The translations under genes were made by a program, and so were the position numbers. The notes below the pieces were generated by a model. It was not told the DNA's origin and did no database searches. It worked only from the letters and a program-made list of their open reading frames with translations. A stretch of DNA of 64,000 nt from Candidatus Methanomethylophilaceae archaeon. GTDB taxonomy: Archaea; Thermoplasmatota; Thermoplasmata; Methanomassiliicoccales; Methanomethylophilaceae. The first letter of the stretch is position 1. Each line of letters begins with the position of its first letter. Where the stretch lies: the NCBI GenBank assembly GCA_050950505.1, contig JBMNHS010000001.1:768001-832000 (forward strand), in the 5' to 3' direction. Below are positions 50,938 to 61,061 of this stretch, piece by piece.

Positions 50938-53900
50938 ATGGAATTTGACAATATTTTAAGAATATATCGCGAGGCCGCATACAGTAAAGCAGATTTGGGA
51001 ACAAAGTTCGAGGAACTTATCGCTCGATATCTGAAGACGGATCCGTTGTACTCAAACCAATTGGAAGAGGTTTGGCTTTGGAACGAATTCCCGTATAATG
51101 CAAGCATAAGCGGTCATGACACCGGAATAGATATTGTTGCCAAAACTAAATCGGGCGAATACTGGGCCATTCAATGCAAATTCTACGGAGAAAATTATAG
51201 CGTTGACAAAGGGGACATGGACACCTTCATGTCCGCATCCGGCAGAACCTTCAAAGATTATTCGGGTCAAAATATTCCTTTTTCCCAAAGAATGGTATTT
51301 TCCACAACCGACAACTGGACTGAAACGGCGATACAATCCCTTGAGAATCAAACCATTCCCGTAATGAGAGTCGGCCTTCACATGTTACGTGAAGCTGGTG
51401 TTGATTGGAATTCGATATACGACGGATTGCACGGTAAAGATGCTAGATCCAAGAAATACGAATTGAGATCCCATCAGCAGGAAGCTTTCGATAAAGCGAT
51501 TGAACATTACAAAAAGAACGACAGGGGCCAGATGATTATGGCCTGCGGTACCGGAAAGACGTTCACGTCCCTGAGAATTGCAGAGGCTTTGTCCGGAGAC
51601 AAAGGCTGCATATTGTTCCTTGCGCCGTCTATTGCTTTGGTAGGCCAGACTTTGAGGGAATGGTCTTCGCAGGCCGTAAACGATCTCAACGTAATCGCGG
51701 TATGTTCCGATTCACAGGTAACCAAAAAAAGAAGCAATGACGATTTAATCGAAAGAATCGAAGATCTGGGCGCTCCCGCCACTACGGACTCTAACGAAAT
51801 AGTCAGAAGATATCGTACCGGGGACGGACCGACCGTAATATTCTCAACATACCACTCAATAGATTCCGTCATTGAAGCACAGAAGATAGGCCTTCCGGAA
51901 TTCGATTTGATTATATGTGACGAAGCTCACAGAACAACCGGCGTCATTGAAAATAAAGAAGATGAGAAGTTCTTCACCAAAGTTCACGATAACAAAATTA
52001 TTGCGGGAAAGAAACGTCTCTACATGACTGCAACACCCAGAATTTACGGTGTCAAAGGTAAAGAAACCGCAGAAAACGAATCAGTTACGCTTTGTTCCAT
52101 GGACGATCCGGAAACTTACGGATCCGAGTTCTACAAAATCACGTTCGGTGAAGCAGTTGAAAGGGATTTGTTGACGGATTACAAAGTGCTTATTCTGACC
52201 GTCGCCAAAGAAGATATTCCGGATTTCCTGAAGCGTGAATGGGAAAAGAAGCAGAATTACGGTAAAGAAGTGGATACGGAAACCGAAAGCAAAATATGGG
52301 GTTGCATGAACGCATTGGCGAAGAACATCGCTTATGACGAAACCGTAAACCAGACAGACCCCGGCAGTATGAAATCCGCAGTTTCCTTCGCGAGAACCAT
52401 AGCCGATTCCAAAGATATCACGGACATATTCAACACTCTTGCCGAATCACCCATGGCCCCCGTGGACTTGGAAATGAAACATGTCGACGGCAGTATGAAC
52501 GCTTTCAAGCGTGAAGGTTTGTTGAACTGGCTCAAAGGCGGAACTCCGGAATGCAGAGTGCTTTCCAATGTCAGGTGTTTGAGCGAGGGCGTGGACGTTC
52601 CCGCGTTGGACGCTATCATGTTCCTGAGCAACAAGAACTCCCTGATTGATATTGTTCAGTCCGTCGGCAGAGTCATGAGACGGGCTCCGGGCAAAAAATA
52701 CGGTTACATAATAATCCCGGTCATTGCACCGGAAGGCGTTGACGCTAACCAAGCTCTTGACGATGACGATCAATACAAAGTCGTTTGGCAGGTTCTACGC
52801 GCGTTAAGATCTCACGATGAAAGACTTGAGGCGGAAGTTAATACGTTGCAGTATTCCAAATCTCCCGGTAAAATTCTCAATGCCCGTTTGAAGTCGGCCA
52901 GAAGAGATTCTACGGATGATTATTACACCGAAGGCCGGGTCCCTCGGCAATATCTGTTGGACGAGTTTGAATCCGCTTTAATGGCAAGACTTGTTCTTAA
53001 AGTCGGTAATAAAGATTACATCGAAAACTGGGCAAAGGATATTGCGGAAATAATGCCCGCGCTGACGGAACGTCTGACGAAAATATGCAATCATGACGAA
53101 CACGGATACAAACAGTTCAAACCCGCATTTAACAGATATCTGAAAGGATTGAGAGCAAACATTAACGGCGGAGTTTCCGAAGACGATGCGATAAACATGC
53201 TGGCGCAGCAGATTGTCACTAAACCGATATTTTTAGAACTTTTCGGAGACGATACTTTCGTTCAAAAGAATCCAGTATCTCACGCAATAAACGGAATGCT
53301 GGACGAAATCGGGGAGAAGAATGCTCTTGAAGGTATTGACTTGGAGAAATTCTACACAAGCGTGAAAACCACTCTTTCCAAAATCGATACCGAAGAAGGC
53401 AAACAGAAGACAATCACCGCTCTGTATGAAAAATTCTTTAAGAACGCATTCCCGAAAGATCAGGCGATAAACGGTGTGGTATATACACCGATTGAAATTG
53501 TGGATTTTATTCTAAGATCGGCTTCAGATTTATTGATGGAAGAGTTTGGTATTGACATCAACGATGAGGGCGTTAACATTCTGGATCCGTTTACCGGAAC
53601 AGGAATGTTCATTGCAAGGCTCATGGAACTCGGCTTAATAACCAAAGACAACCTTGAACGCAAATACAGAGAAGAATTGTTTGCCAATGAAATCACTTTA
53701 CTGGCATATTATATCGCGGCGGTGAACATTGAAAACGCATACAACAGAGTGATGCACCCCGAGGAATACACCCCGTTTGAAAATATCGTTCTGACGGACA
53801 CATTTAATATCGAGGAAATCTGCCGGCCGGGCGGAATATACAGTCAAACTACACTGACGGGAGAAGAGTTCTTTGCAGGTAACAAAGACAGAATCTGCAG

Positions 53901-55740
53901 AGAACATAAAACTCCGATAACTTTGATTATCGGCAATCCGCCGTACGGCGCAACACAAAAATCAGCAAATGACGATGCCAGAAAAAGAACCTACGACAAA
54001 GGCATAGATGCCAAAATTTCCGAAACGTATCTTAGGGATGATTTATTCCATGAACGCAAAGGCAATGTGAATTCTGTTTACGATAACTATGTTCGTGCAT
54101 TCAGATGGGCAACAGATCGTATCGGCGATAATGACGGAATAATATCATTTGTAACACCCAACGGATGGTCTGTCGGAAATGCCTTTGAAGGATTCAGAAA
54201 GACAATTGAAAACGAATTTTCCAAAATAATGATTTTTGATCTTAGAGGCGATCAGAATAGCGGAGATTGGAGAAATGAAGGAGAAAAGGTTTTCGGAGAA
54301 GGTTCCAAAGTCGGAATATCAATAATGTTATTAGTTAAACGCAAAGAGCATACCGGTAAAGCAAAAATACAATATTTCAAAACTCCAGATCAAGCCAGAC
54401 GTGCTGAAAAATTGAATCTTTTGACCGTTTCCAATTCATTCAAAAAAATGAATGATGAAAAGAAATTGGAAGTGCTTAAACCCGATTCAAACGGAGACTG
54501 GCTAATAGAACGGAACGAGATCTTCCAAATCCTCATGCCTCTTGCCGGAGATACCCGTAAAAAATTTGACAAGCATGGCGAAGATACAATATTTGTGGGA
54601 TATAGTGGCGGATACAAAACCAACCGTGATGCATGGGCGTATAATTATTCAGTTGAAAAATTAAAGTCTGTTAAGGCAAATCTTATTGAGGGATTCAATG
54701 AGCAATTGAAGAAAGGGAACATAGATTATGAAGACAAAAGGGTAAAATGGACTACGCCCCTTAAAAGTCGCTTTGATAAAGGAAGACGAGTAGACTTAGA
54801 TACATCGACAATAGTTCCTGCCATATATCGTCCATACAGTAAAAGATATTTTGATGCGGATCCTGATTACAATGAAGCACCATATCAGAATCCGAAGTTA
54901 TTCCCTACACCTGATACAAAGAATCTTCTAATATGTGTGGCGGGAGTAGGTGTAAAAAAAGAATTTTCATGTTTGATTACCAATTGTATGACTGATTTAG
55001 AGATAGTTGGAAAGTCACAATGTTTCCCCTTATATTGGTATGAAGATCATTCCGAAACTAGACGTGACAGGAAGCAAGAATCTTTGTTCGGCGACAACGG
55101 CAACAACAGTCTCATAAGACATGACGGTGTGAGCGACTACGCTCTTAATTCTGCCATCAAGAAGTATAATCAAAATATAACAAAAGAAGACATATTTTAC
55201 TACGTCTACGGATATCTCCATTCCCCGGAATATAGAGAAACCTTTTCTGACGATTTGAAATACTCTTTGCCCAGAATAGACTTCGTTGACGATTATGACG
55301 AATTCCAAATATTTTCTATCGCCGGAAGAGATTTGGCTGAATTACATCTGAATTATGAGAATGTCGAGGCTCCGGCTTCCGTCAGAATCTCCGGTGTTGT
55401 AAATATTGAAGATATTCTTCATGACGATAAATTCTGCCACGTAAAGAAAATGAGGGCATTCCCCGACAAAGGAAAAGTTACTTACAACAAGAACATCACA
55501 ATAGAAAACATTCCCGCTGAAGCCTTTGAGTATGTTGTAAACGGACGTTCCGCGATAGAATGGATAGTAGACCAGTATCAGTACACTATCGATAAGAAAT
55601 CAGGAATAGTCAACGATCCCAACGAATATGCCGGCGGAAGTTACGTATTGAGGCTTTTGTTATCAGTAATAAATGTGAGCATCCTGACAATGAAAATTGT
55701 CAAAGGATTACCAAAACTGAATTTTGAAGAAGAAAAATGA
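50938..55740 (+). CDS. Type ISP restriction-modification enzyme (LlaGI/LlaBIII-like)
   Basis: Mrr-like GIDIV...AIQCK, helicase MACGTGKT/DEAH/TATP/EGVDVP/QSVGR, methylase LDPFTGTG and GNPPY, C-terminal YVVNGRSAIEW...SGIVNDPN. Confidence 0.93.
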   Translation: MEFDNILRIYREAAYSKADLGTKFEELIARYLKTDPLYSNQLEEVWLWNEFPYNASISGHDTGIDIVAKTKSGEYWAIQCKFYGENYSVDKGDMDTFMSASGRTFKDYSGQNIPFSQRMVFSTTDNWTETAIQSLENQTIPVMRVGLHMLREAGVDWNSIYDGLHGKDARSKKYELRSHQQEAFDKAIEHYKKNDRGQMIMACGTGKTFTSLRIAEALSGDKGCILFLAPSIALVGQTLREWSSQAVNDLNVIAVCSDSQVTKKRSNDDLIERIEDLGAPATTDSNEIVRRYRTGDGPTVIFSTYHSIDSVIEAQKIGLPEFDLIICDEAHRTTGVIENKEDEKFFTKVHDNKIIAGKKRLYMTATPRIYGVKGKETAENESVTLCSMDDPETYGSEFYKITFGEAVERDLLTDYKVLILTVAKEDIPDFLKREWEKKQNYGKEVDTETESKIWGCMNALAKNIAYDETVNQTDPGSMKSAVSFARTIADSKDITDIFNTLAESPMAPVDLEMKHVDGSMNAFKREGLLNWLKGGTPECRVLSNVRCLSEGVDVPALDAIMFLSNKNSLIDIVQSVGRVMRRAPGKKYGYIIIPVIAPEGVDANQALDDDDQYKVVWQVLRALRSHDERLEAEVNTLQYSKSPGKILNARLKSARRDSTDDYYTEGRVPRQYLLDEFESALMARLVLKVGNKDYIENWAKDIAEIMPALTERLTKICNHDEHGYKQFKPAFNRYLKGLRANINGGVSEDDAINMLAQQIVTKPIFLELFGDDTFVQKNPVSHAINGMLDEIGEKNALEGIDLEKFYTSVKTTLSKIDTEEGKQKTITALYEKFFKNAFPKDQAINGVVYTPIEIVDFILRSASDLLMEEFGIDINDEGVNILDPFTGTGMFIARLMELGLITKDNLERKYREELFANEITLLAYYIAAVNIENAYNRVMHPEEYTPFENIVLTDTFNIEEICRPGGIYSQTTLTGEEFFAGNKDRICREHKTPITLIIGNPPYGATQKSANDDARKRTYDKGIDAKISETYLRDDLFHERKGNVNSVYDNYVRAFRWATDRIGDNDGIISFVTPNGWSVGNAFEGFRKTIENEFSKIMIFDLRGDQNSGDWRNEGEKVFGEGSKVGISIMLLVKRKEHTGKAKIQYFKTPDQARRAEKLNLLTVSNSFKKMNDEKKLEVLKPDSNGDWLIERNEIFQILMPLAGDTRKKFDKHGEDTIFVGYSGGYKTNRDAWAYNYSVEKLKSVKANLIEGFNEQLKKGNIDYEDKRVKWTTPLKSRFDKGRRVDLDTSTIVPAIYRPYSKRYFDADPDYNEAPYQNPKLFPTPDTKNLLICVAGVGVKKEFSCLITNCMTDLEIVGKSQCFPLYWYEDHSETRRDRKQESLFGDNGNNSLIRHDGVSDYALNSAIKKYNQNITKEDIFYYVYGYLHSPEYRETFSDDLKYSLPRIDFVDDYDEFQIFSIAGRDLAELHLNYENVEAPASVRISGVVNIEDILHDDKFCHVKKMRAFPDKGKVTYNKNITIENIPAEAFEYVVNGRSAIEWIVDQYQYTIDKKSGIVNDPNEYAGGSYVLRLLLSVINVSILTMKIVKGLPKLNFEEEK

Positions 55741-56093
55741 TATGGATTTTGTCTCTGTAACTCACCCTCGTAAAGCTGGAATTCACCGTAAGTTGACATG
55801 TAAGCTTCCGTCATGGACTTTGGGCAAATCCCGTCCTATTATTTCAGATATTAATGTAGAGAAGAGCGTATCAATTTTTGGAGGGAATTCCACCTTTTTA
55901 TCATCAAAAAGAGGCAATTACCCCTTTTCGTATAAATTTAACCATCTAACATCCCCAAAAAATGGAAAATAATTCAATCTGGGTCATGTGACTATTTTTC
56001 CATTCTCGTCATTACATACTACGGATTCTGTCACACATATTTGGAACGCTACTGTATGGACGAATCCGAATACTTACGTGGACGATTAATCAT

Positions 56094-57029
56094 TCATCTT
56101 TCTGTCATTTTCGCCAATTTTTCAGACAATTCTTCTTCGGAAAGAACCCGATCGTATTCTGTTTCATATACGTCTCTTGCTCTGATGTTCTTGTTTATAC
56201 GGGTAATGAAGGATAAGAAATCCCGATTATCTGAAAGTATGTCGACCATATCATCGTCCAGACTAGTGTTGTAACGTGACGGAAAGAGAATTTCAGAGTC
56301 GGATACATTTTCTAAATCCAACTGAATTACGCCGATTCCGAAAGATCTGTTGAGGCGCCGTAATTCTTCTTTGGCTTCACTCTCGATTTTTGCCGCAACC
56401 AGATATCCTTCGTTGGCCCATGAAGAATTTGAAATTGCCTGGAAATAATACATTCTTACGTTGGACGTGGTAATTTCTTTTTTAATTTCGAAAGAATAAA
56501 TTTTCACAGTCGGCTGTTTGATATTTTCGAAAAAGATGTAAGTTTCTTCGTTTGAATATTCGTCAAAGGGGTAATACACGCTCACGATGTCGGGATATCT
56601 CCATTCATTTTGTTTACTCCCCCCTTTTTTTGCGGCATTGGCATTTATGGTTTTTGAATGTGAATGAAAGTGAGGATTTGTTATGAGATAGTACACAAGC
56701 AGGGGGTGGAGATCCAATTCTTTATATTTCGATTCAGAACGACGCAAAGGCACCTCATCATAAGTCATGTTTACGGGAGTTGATTCATTGTTTCCGGTTA
56801 GGAAAAAACGTGTGGGCCCCTTGGAGGCTATATAGAATCGTGATTGTTCACCGAAGTCCTTTATATTGACATAGATTCTTGCGCCAATGGTATTCCAGGG
56901 AGTTTTGCCTTTGAGACCACATTCTTCATTTAATCCAAATTCAACAGCATAATCCCAAATTTCCTCGGTAGTGAGCGGTCGACCGACTTTATTGAGGACA
57001 TCTGCACTCAACTCCAATGCTGTGTACAT
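56094..57029 (-). CDS. HARE-HTH plus PD-(D/E)xK nuclease-like protein (COG2958/HrgA-like)
   Basis: GKTPWNTIGARIY, E.DLHPLL, W.YPDIV, SFEIK, YYFQAISNSSWANEGYLV, FGIG.I.L. Confidence 0.8.
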   Translation of the reverse strand: MYTALELSADVLNKVGRPLTTEEIWDYAVEFGLNEECGLKGKTPWNTIGARIYVNIKDFGEQSRFYIASKGPTRFFLTGNNESTPVNMTYDEVPLRRSESKYKELDLHPLLVYYLITNPHFHSHSKTINANAAKKGGSKQNEWRYPDIVSVYYPFDEYSNEETYIFFENIKQPTVKIYSFEIKKEITTSNVRMYYFQAISNSSWANEGYLVAAKIESEAKEELRRLNRSFGIGVIQLDLENVSDSEILFPSRYNTSLDDDMVDILSDNRDFLSFITRINKNIRARDVYETEYDRVLSEEELSEKLAKMTER

Positions 57030-57221
57030 GCGTATTGAAAGACACTCGATTGGTATATATTATACCTGTATTTTTTATGGAAAACTATCAGCCCAAGTTT
57101 GAATAATTCTTGAAGTTGTAGGTTACATTTCCGCCGGAGCCATCTTCGCATAGACGCCTCCAATCACTCGTAAACGTATGTCCATGTTCAATTCTTTTTG
57201 TTTATATCCACTGCCGTAAAC

Positions 57222-57692
57222 TTAATCGTTTTCTGAAACAGGCAAAAAATCGGACAATATTCTGTAATTGAATTTCAGATTCATATCTGTTTGAGGGTCA
57301 TACATTACTAACGAAAGAGACGAATCATCAGTACCGTTCTCAATAACTTTCATATAACCGATTTCAACCAAGAATTCTCTAACCGAAGGAATCAAAAAAG
57401 GATTATGTGACGTTTCAAGTGCATTCAATACAAGTTCTGTTTTATCAACAACATCATTTCTGTGGAAAAATCCGATAACCTGTTTGTTTTCGTAAATATC
57501 TATTTTATCAGTTTCGTGATTGATGCGATATTCAATCAAATTATCATCATTTTGAAAGAATACTTTCCTGAGTATAAACCAAGAATCTTTTCCCGTCCAA
57601 TCGCTACCGCCCCGGCGTATCTTTCCATCGCCAAGAATTTTTAGAAAAGTGAAAATCTTAACATGATGCTTTACGTTATCGGAAACAACCAT
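57222..57692 (-). CDS. Hypothetical protein
   Basis: 156-aa AT-rich ORF at the island edge, with no recognisable motif. Confidence 0.55.
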   Translation of the reverse strand: MVVSDNVKHHVKIFTFLKILGDGKIRRGGSDWTGKDSWFILRKVFFQNDDNLIEYRINHETDKIDIYENKQVIGFFHRNDVVDKTELVLNALETSHNPFLIPSVREFLVEIGYMKVIENGTDDSSLSLVMYDPQTDMNLKFNYRILSDFLPVSEND

Positions 57693-57774
57693 TTTAATCG
57701 TTATATATCACTCGTTAATCTAATATCAAAGTTGTTAACTTACCGGTACTGGCACTTCGTACCGGTAAACCGGT

Positions 57775-59007
57775 TCACTGTACATTTCTGACCGGCGGCC
57801 ACATCCCGTTAATCCTGTAACCGGCACGGTTGGGATCCATTGTGTAACACTCCATTCCGGGAATAATCATCCTCACTACGGGAATCTCTATTTCCGGTCT
57901 TGTAAGGTTCACGGTAATAACTTTGTCAAATTCCGCGTCAACCAATTTTCCCAGAACGACTTCTATATCGTCCAAAACATAATCGGTGGATTCGTCTTCC
58001 AAATCATTCAATTTGACTTTGCGATCCAAGTCGGAATACCAAAGACGGTTAATCCGTTTAATTTTCTCATATCCCATTTCTCTGGTGGTTTTGACAAGTT
58101 CCGCATTGACTTTGGCACCTTCTTTGTGAGTTGCCCGGCTCTGAGCCACTTCGGTTATGGCTCGGATTGCGGCTATCTCCGGATCCAAATGGGTTCCGAC
58201 GCCTATCGTCAGCATTTCCGGATCCTTCGTTACAACGTCATCGGCGGCGGCGCCTATGGTGGTCACTCCAACATCCGACGTAATATCCTTGAGATGAATT
58301 TCAACACCCTTCTCTCCGAATGATTCAATCATTCTTCCGGAAATCGAGTCGGAATCCACGATAACATCGGCTTTGGCATACTGTCGGTCTTCGGCCAAAG
58401 ACCACGCATCTCTTTCGATAACTTCGAAGGTCGCGTGAAGAATGGCCTCCTCCAACGTATTCCCTGAAGCCAATCCGTTGGTGTTATATCTGAACAACTG
58501 TAAATCCCCGTCCGGGATGTACGGGTGGAACACGGCGCAGGCCGGGACCCAAATCGGTTCGCCTCTGAACATTTCCCATCCTCTGCACCAGGCAATTTCC
58601 GCACTCCGGTAGTAATGAACTTTGTCGAAAGGCAAAATCAAATCCGCCGGATCCACGGTAAGACCTGTTTTCATTGCCTGCTCGTAAGTACCGTGCACGA
58701 CTTCGTCGTATTCTCTTCGTTCGGCACTGTATCTTTCCATGGCCTCCATCACGGCGGAAGCCTTGGCCTGTTCGGGAGTGACGCCTTTGCCGTTGTGACT
58801 GGAAACCGTTCCTTCGGCGGCACCCGGTCTCGAAATCGAATAAACGGGAATGCCGATATTGTCCTTGACGGAGATATCCTCCGGATCTTCCAAACCGGCC
58901 GTTTTGAGCAACGGCATTGCACGTTTCAACGTGTCTTCGGGAGAAACCACCCTAATGCCGCCTTCCCGGTCATATTTCGGAGTTCTAGTCAGTATCAACG
59001 GTTCCAT
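57775..59007 (-). CDS. ycaO: YcaO-related McrA-glycine thioamidation protein (methanogenesis marker 1)
   Basis: NGKG, ASAVMEAMERYSAE, TNGLASGN, EVIERDA, RAITEVAQSR, PVVR..IPG.E. Confidence 0.9.
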   Translation of the reverse strand: MEPLILTRTPKYDREGGIRVVSPEDTLKRAMPLLKTAGLEDPEDISVKDNIGIPVYSISRPGAAEGTVSSHNGKGVTPEQAKASAVMEAMERYSAERREYDEVVHGTYEQAMKTGLTVDPADLILPFDKVHYYRSAEIAWCRGWEMFRGEPIWVPACAVFHPYIPDGDLQLFRYNTNGLASGNTLEEAILHATFEVIERDAWSLAEDRQYAKADVIVDSDSISGRMIESFGEKGVEIHLKDITSDVGVTTIGAAADDVVTKDPEMLTIGVGTHLDPEIAAIRAITEVAQSRATHKEGAKVNAELVKTTREMGYEKIKRINRLWYSDLDRKVKLNDLEDESTDYVLDDIEVVLGKLVDAEFDKVITVNLTRPEIEIPVVRMIIPGMECYTMDPNRAGYRINGMWPPVRNVQ

Positions 59008-59114
59008 CTGTCAATGTTGATGTCATGATTCGTTAAATAAGTTCTACAGCGAAAAAGAAAAAGAATCCCTGCAGACATGGGACAAATCCTTAATCTACGG
59101 GTATATACTGACTT

Positions 59115-60296
59115 ATGGAACTCACAATCGAAGAAGAACGCATTCTCCGCGGCGAAGAAGGTGAAAGCCGCAGAAAAGCGATGGAACTTCTTGTGGCTCT
59201 CGGTAAAGTCTACGGAGCCGAGAACCTTATCGGCATAACCTCCGCACATCTGTCCGGCGCATCTTACAAGACAATCGGGGAAGGAGGACTTAAATATCTC
59301 ACCGACCAGGTCGAAGGCGGGGCCAAAGTGACCGTACCCTCGACTCTTAATCCGGTGGGAATGGATCTCGGAAGATGGAAAGAGATGCACATCACAGACC
59401 ACTTCGCGGAGAAGCAGAGACGGATTGTCGAACTGTACGGGAAAATGGATGTCATGACCACCTGTACCTGCACACCGTACGTCGGTCCGAATATTCCGAA
59501 ATTCGGAGATCATGTCGCCTGGTCCGAATCTTCCGCTCTGTCATTCGTCAATTCATTCATCGGTGCCAGAACAAACAGGGAAGGCGGCCCGGGGGCTCTC
59601 GCCGCCGCGATTGTGGGTAAAACAGCCAATTACGGACTGCACCTCGACGAGAACAGAGTTCCTTCCGTAATGATAGATGCCGACATTGACGGTTCCGTGT
59701 TCAGCTATTCGTTGCTGGGTCAGGCCGTAGGCAAAAGAATCGGAAAAAGAGTCCCTTACTTCAGAGGGCTGCCGAAAGATACCGGTACCGAAGAAGCGAA
59801 GGCGTTGTCTGCGGCCATGGCCGCCTCCGGCGCCGTTGCTCTCTGGCATGCCGAAAATGTGACTCCGGAAGCCAAGAATTATGACATATCCCGTCTGGAA
59901 GTCATAACCGTCGGCAAAGAGGAACTGAAAGACGCTTACGAAGAACTGAACACCGTGGACGATGTTCAGTTGATCGCGTTGGGATGCCCTCATCTCACGG
60001 AGAAGGAAATACATGAACTGGCTATAATGCTGAAAGGCAAAAAGAAAAGGCCCGGTTCCGCCGAAATATGGTTCTGCACTTCCGCCGCAATCCGAGAAAA
60101 GTGTGTCGAAGACGTCAAAATCCTCGAAGAGTTCGGACCCGTTCTCGCGGACACATGTATGGTCGTGGCACCCATCGAAGGCACATTTTCGAGAACCGGA
60201 ACCAACTCTGCGAAAGCCGGCAATTATCTTCCCACTTTATGTTCTCAGAGGGTAATGTGCAGAGACATCGCCCGGCTGATGGAGGTGGTATATTGA
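59115..60296 (+). CDS. Aconitase X catalytic subunit (phosphomevalonate dehydratase large subunit-like)
   Basis: SAHLSGASYK, TCTCTPY, WSESSA..FVNS..GARTNREG, GCPH, DTCMVV, TNSAK. Confidence 0.9.
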   Translation: MELTIEEERILRGEEGESRRKAMELLVALGKVYGAENLIGITSAHLSGASYKTIGEGGLKYLTDQVEGGAKVTVPSTLNPVGMDLGRWKEMHITDHFAEKQRRIVELYGKMDVMTTCTCTPYVGPNIPKFGDHVAWSESSALSFVNSFIGARTNREGGPGALAAAIVGKTANYGLHLDENRVPSVMIDADIDGSVFSYSLLGQAVGKRIGKRVPYFRGLPKDTGTEEAKALSAAMAASGAVALWHAENVTPEAKNYDISRLEVITVGKEELKDAYEELNTVDDVQLIALGCPHLTEKEIHELAIMLKGKKKRPGSAEIWFCTSAAIREKCVEDVKILEEFGPVLADTCMVVAPIEGTFSRTGTNSAKAGNYLPTLCSQRVMCRDIARLMEVVY

Positions 60297-61060
60297 TCAT
60301 CGAAGGACGTTCGATTTCATCCGGAAAGGCTTCCGGAAAAGTTCTGAAGCTTGAGGATTCCTTCGGTTTCCTGGGAGGCGTCGACGGTTCCACCGGAGAA
60401 CTGGACGCAGGCCAGGGAAACATTGCAGGGAAAGTATTCGTGTTCCCCGCCGGGAAGGGAAGCACCGTGGGTTCTTACGTCATGTACGATTTGTCTCTTC
60501 ACGGAAAGGCTCCCGCCGCCGTAATAAACACCGAAGCGGAAACCATTGTGACCACGGGAGCGGTGATATCTTCGATCCCCATGGTGGATAAGATAGACAT
60601 ATCCCTTATCCGTGACGGCGATAAAGTCATCGTCGACGGTGATGCCGGCACCATTGAAATCCTCGGAGTCACCGTAATCGAATCCGTTTCCTCCGCGATA
60701 GTGGTGAACGGAAAGGTTCTGATGCTCAAACGTCCCGACGACGCACTCGATTTTCCCGGAATATGGTCTCTTGTCGTCGGTAAGGTGGAAGAAGGCGAAA
60801 GTCCGATTGCCGCAGCCAGACGGGAAGTGATGGAAGAAACGGGAATCTCCGTGTTCACTCCCGACCGGACCGGAATGCCTATGTTTGTGCGTGACGGCAA
60901 AATCATATGGAAAATATATCCCATGATGTACCGTCTGACTTCCGCCGAACCCAGGTTGAATTACGAGAACGAGAAATTCAAATGGGTGAACCCTGAGGAC
61001 ATATCTTCGATGAAGACCGCTCCGCACGTTCAGAGCGCCGTTCTTGAAATGATGGAGTGA
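60293..61060 (+). CDS. Aconitase X swivel subunit (DUF126) fused to a Nudix hydrolase
   Basis: TTG start after GGAGGTGG. FLGGVD..TG and KGSTVGS, then Nudix box GKVEEGESPIAAARREVMEETG. Confidence 0.88.
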   Translation: MIIEGRSISSGKASGKVLKLEDSFGFLGGVDGSTGELDAGQGNIAGKVFVFPAGKGSTVGSYVMYDLSLHGKAPAAVINTEAETIVTTGAVISSIPMVDKIDISLIRDGDKVIVDGDAGTIEILGVTVIESVSSAIVVNGKVLMLKRPDDALDFPGIWSLVVGKVEEGESPIAAARREVMEETGISVFTPDRTGMPMFVRDGKIIWKIYPMMYRLTSAEPRLNYENEKFKWVNPEDISSMKTAPHVQSAVLEMME

Positions 61061-61061
61061 A

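Noticed and set aside
57700-57775. Search for an attR copy of the tRNA-Arg 3' end
   Set aside because: Only ACCGGT-containing inverted repeats are present, with no match to the tRNA.
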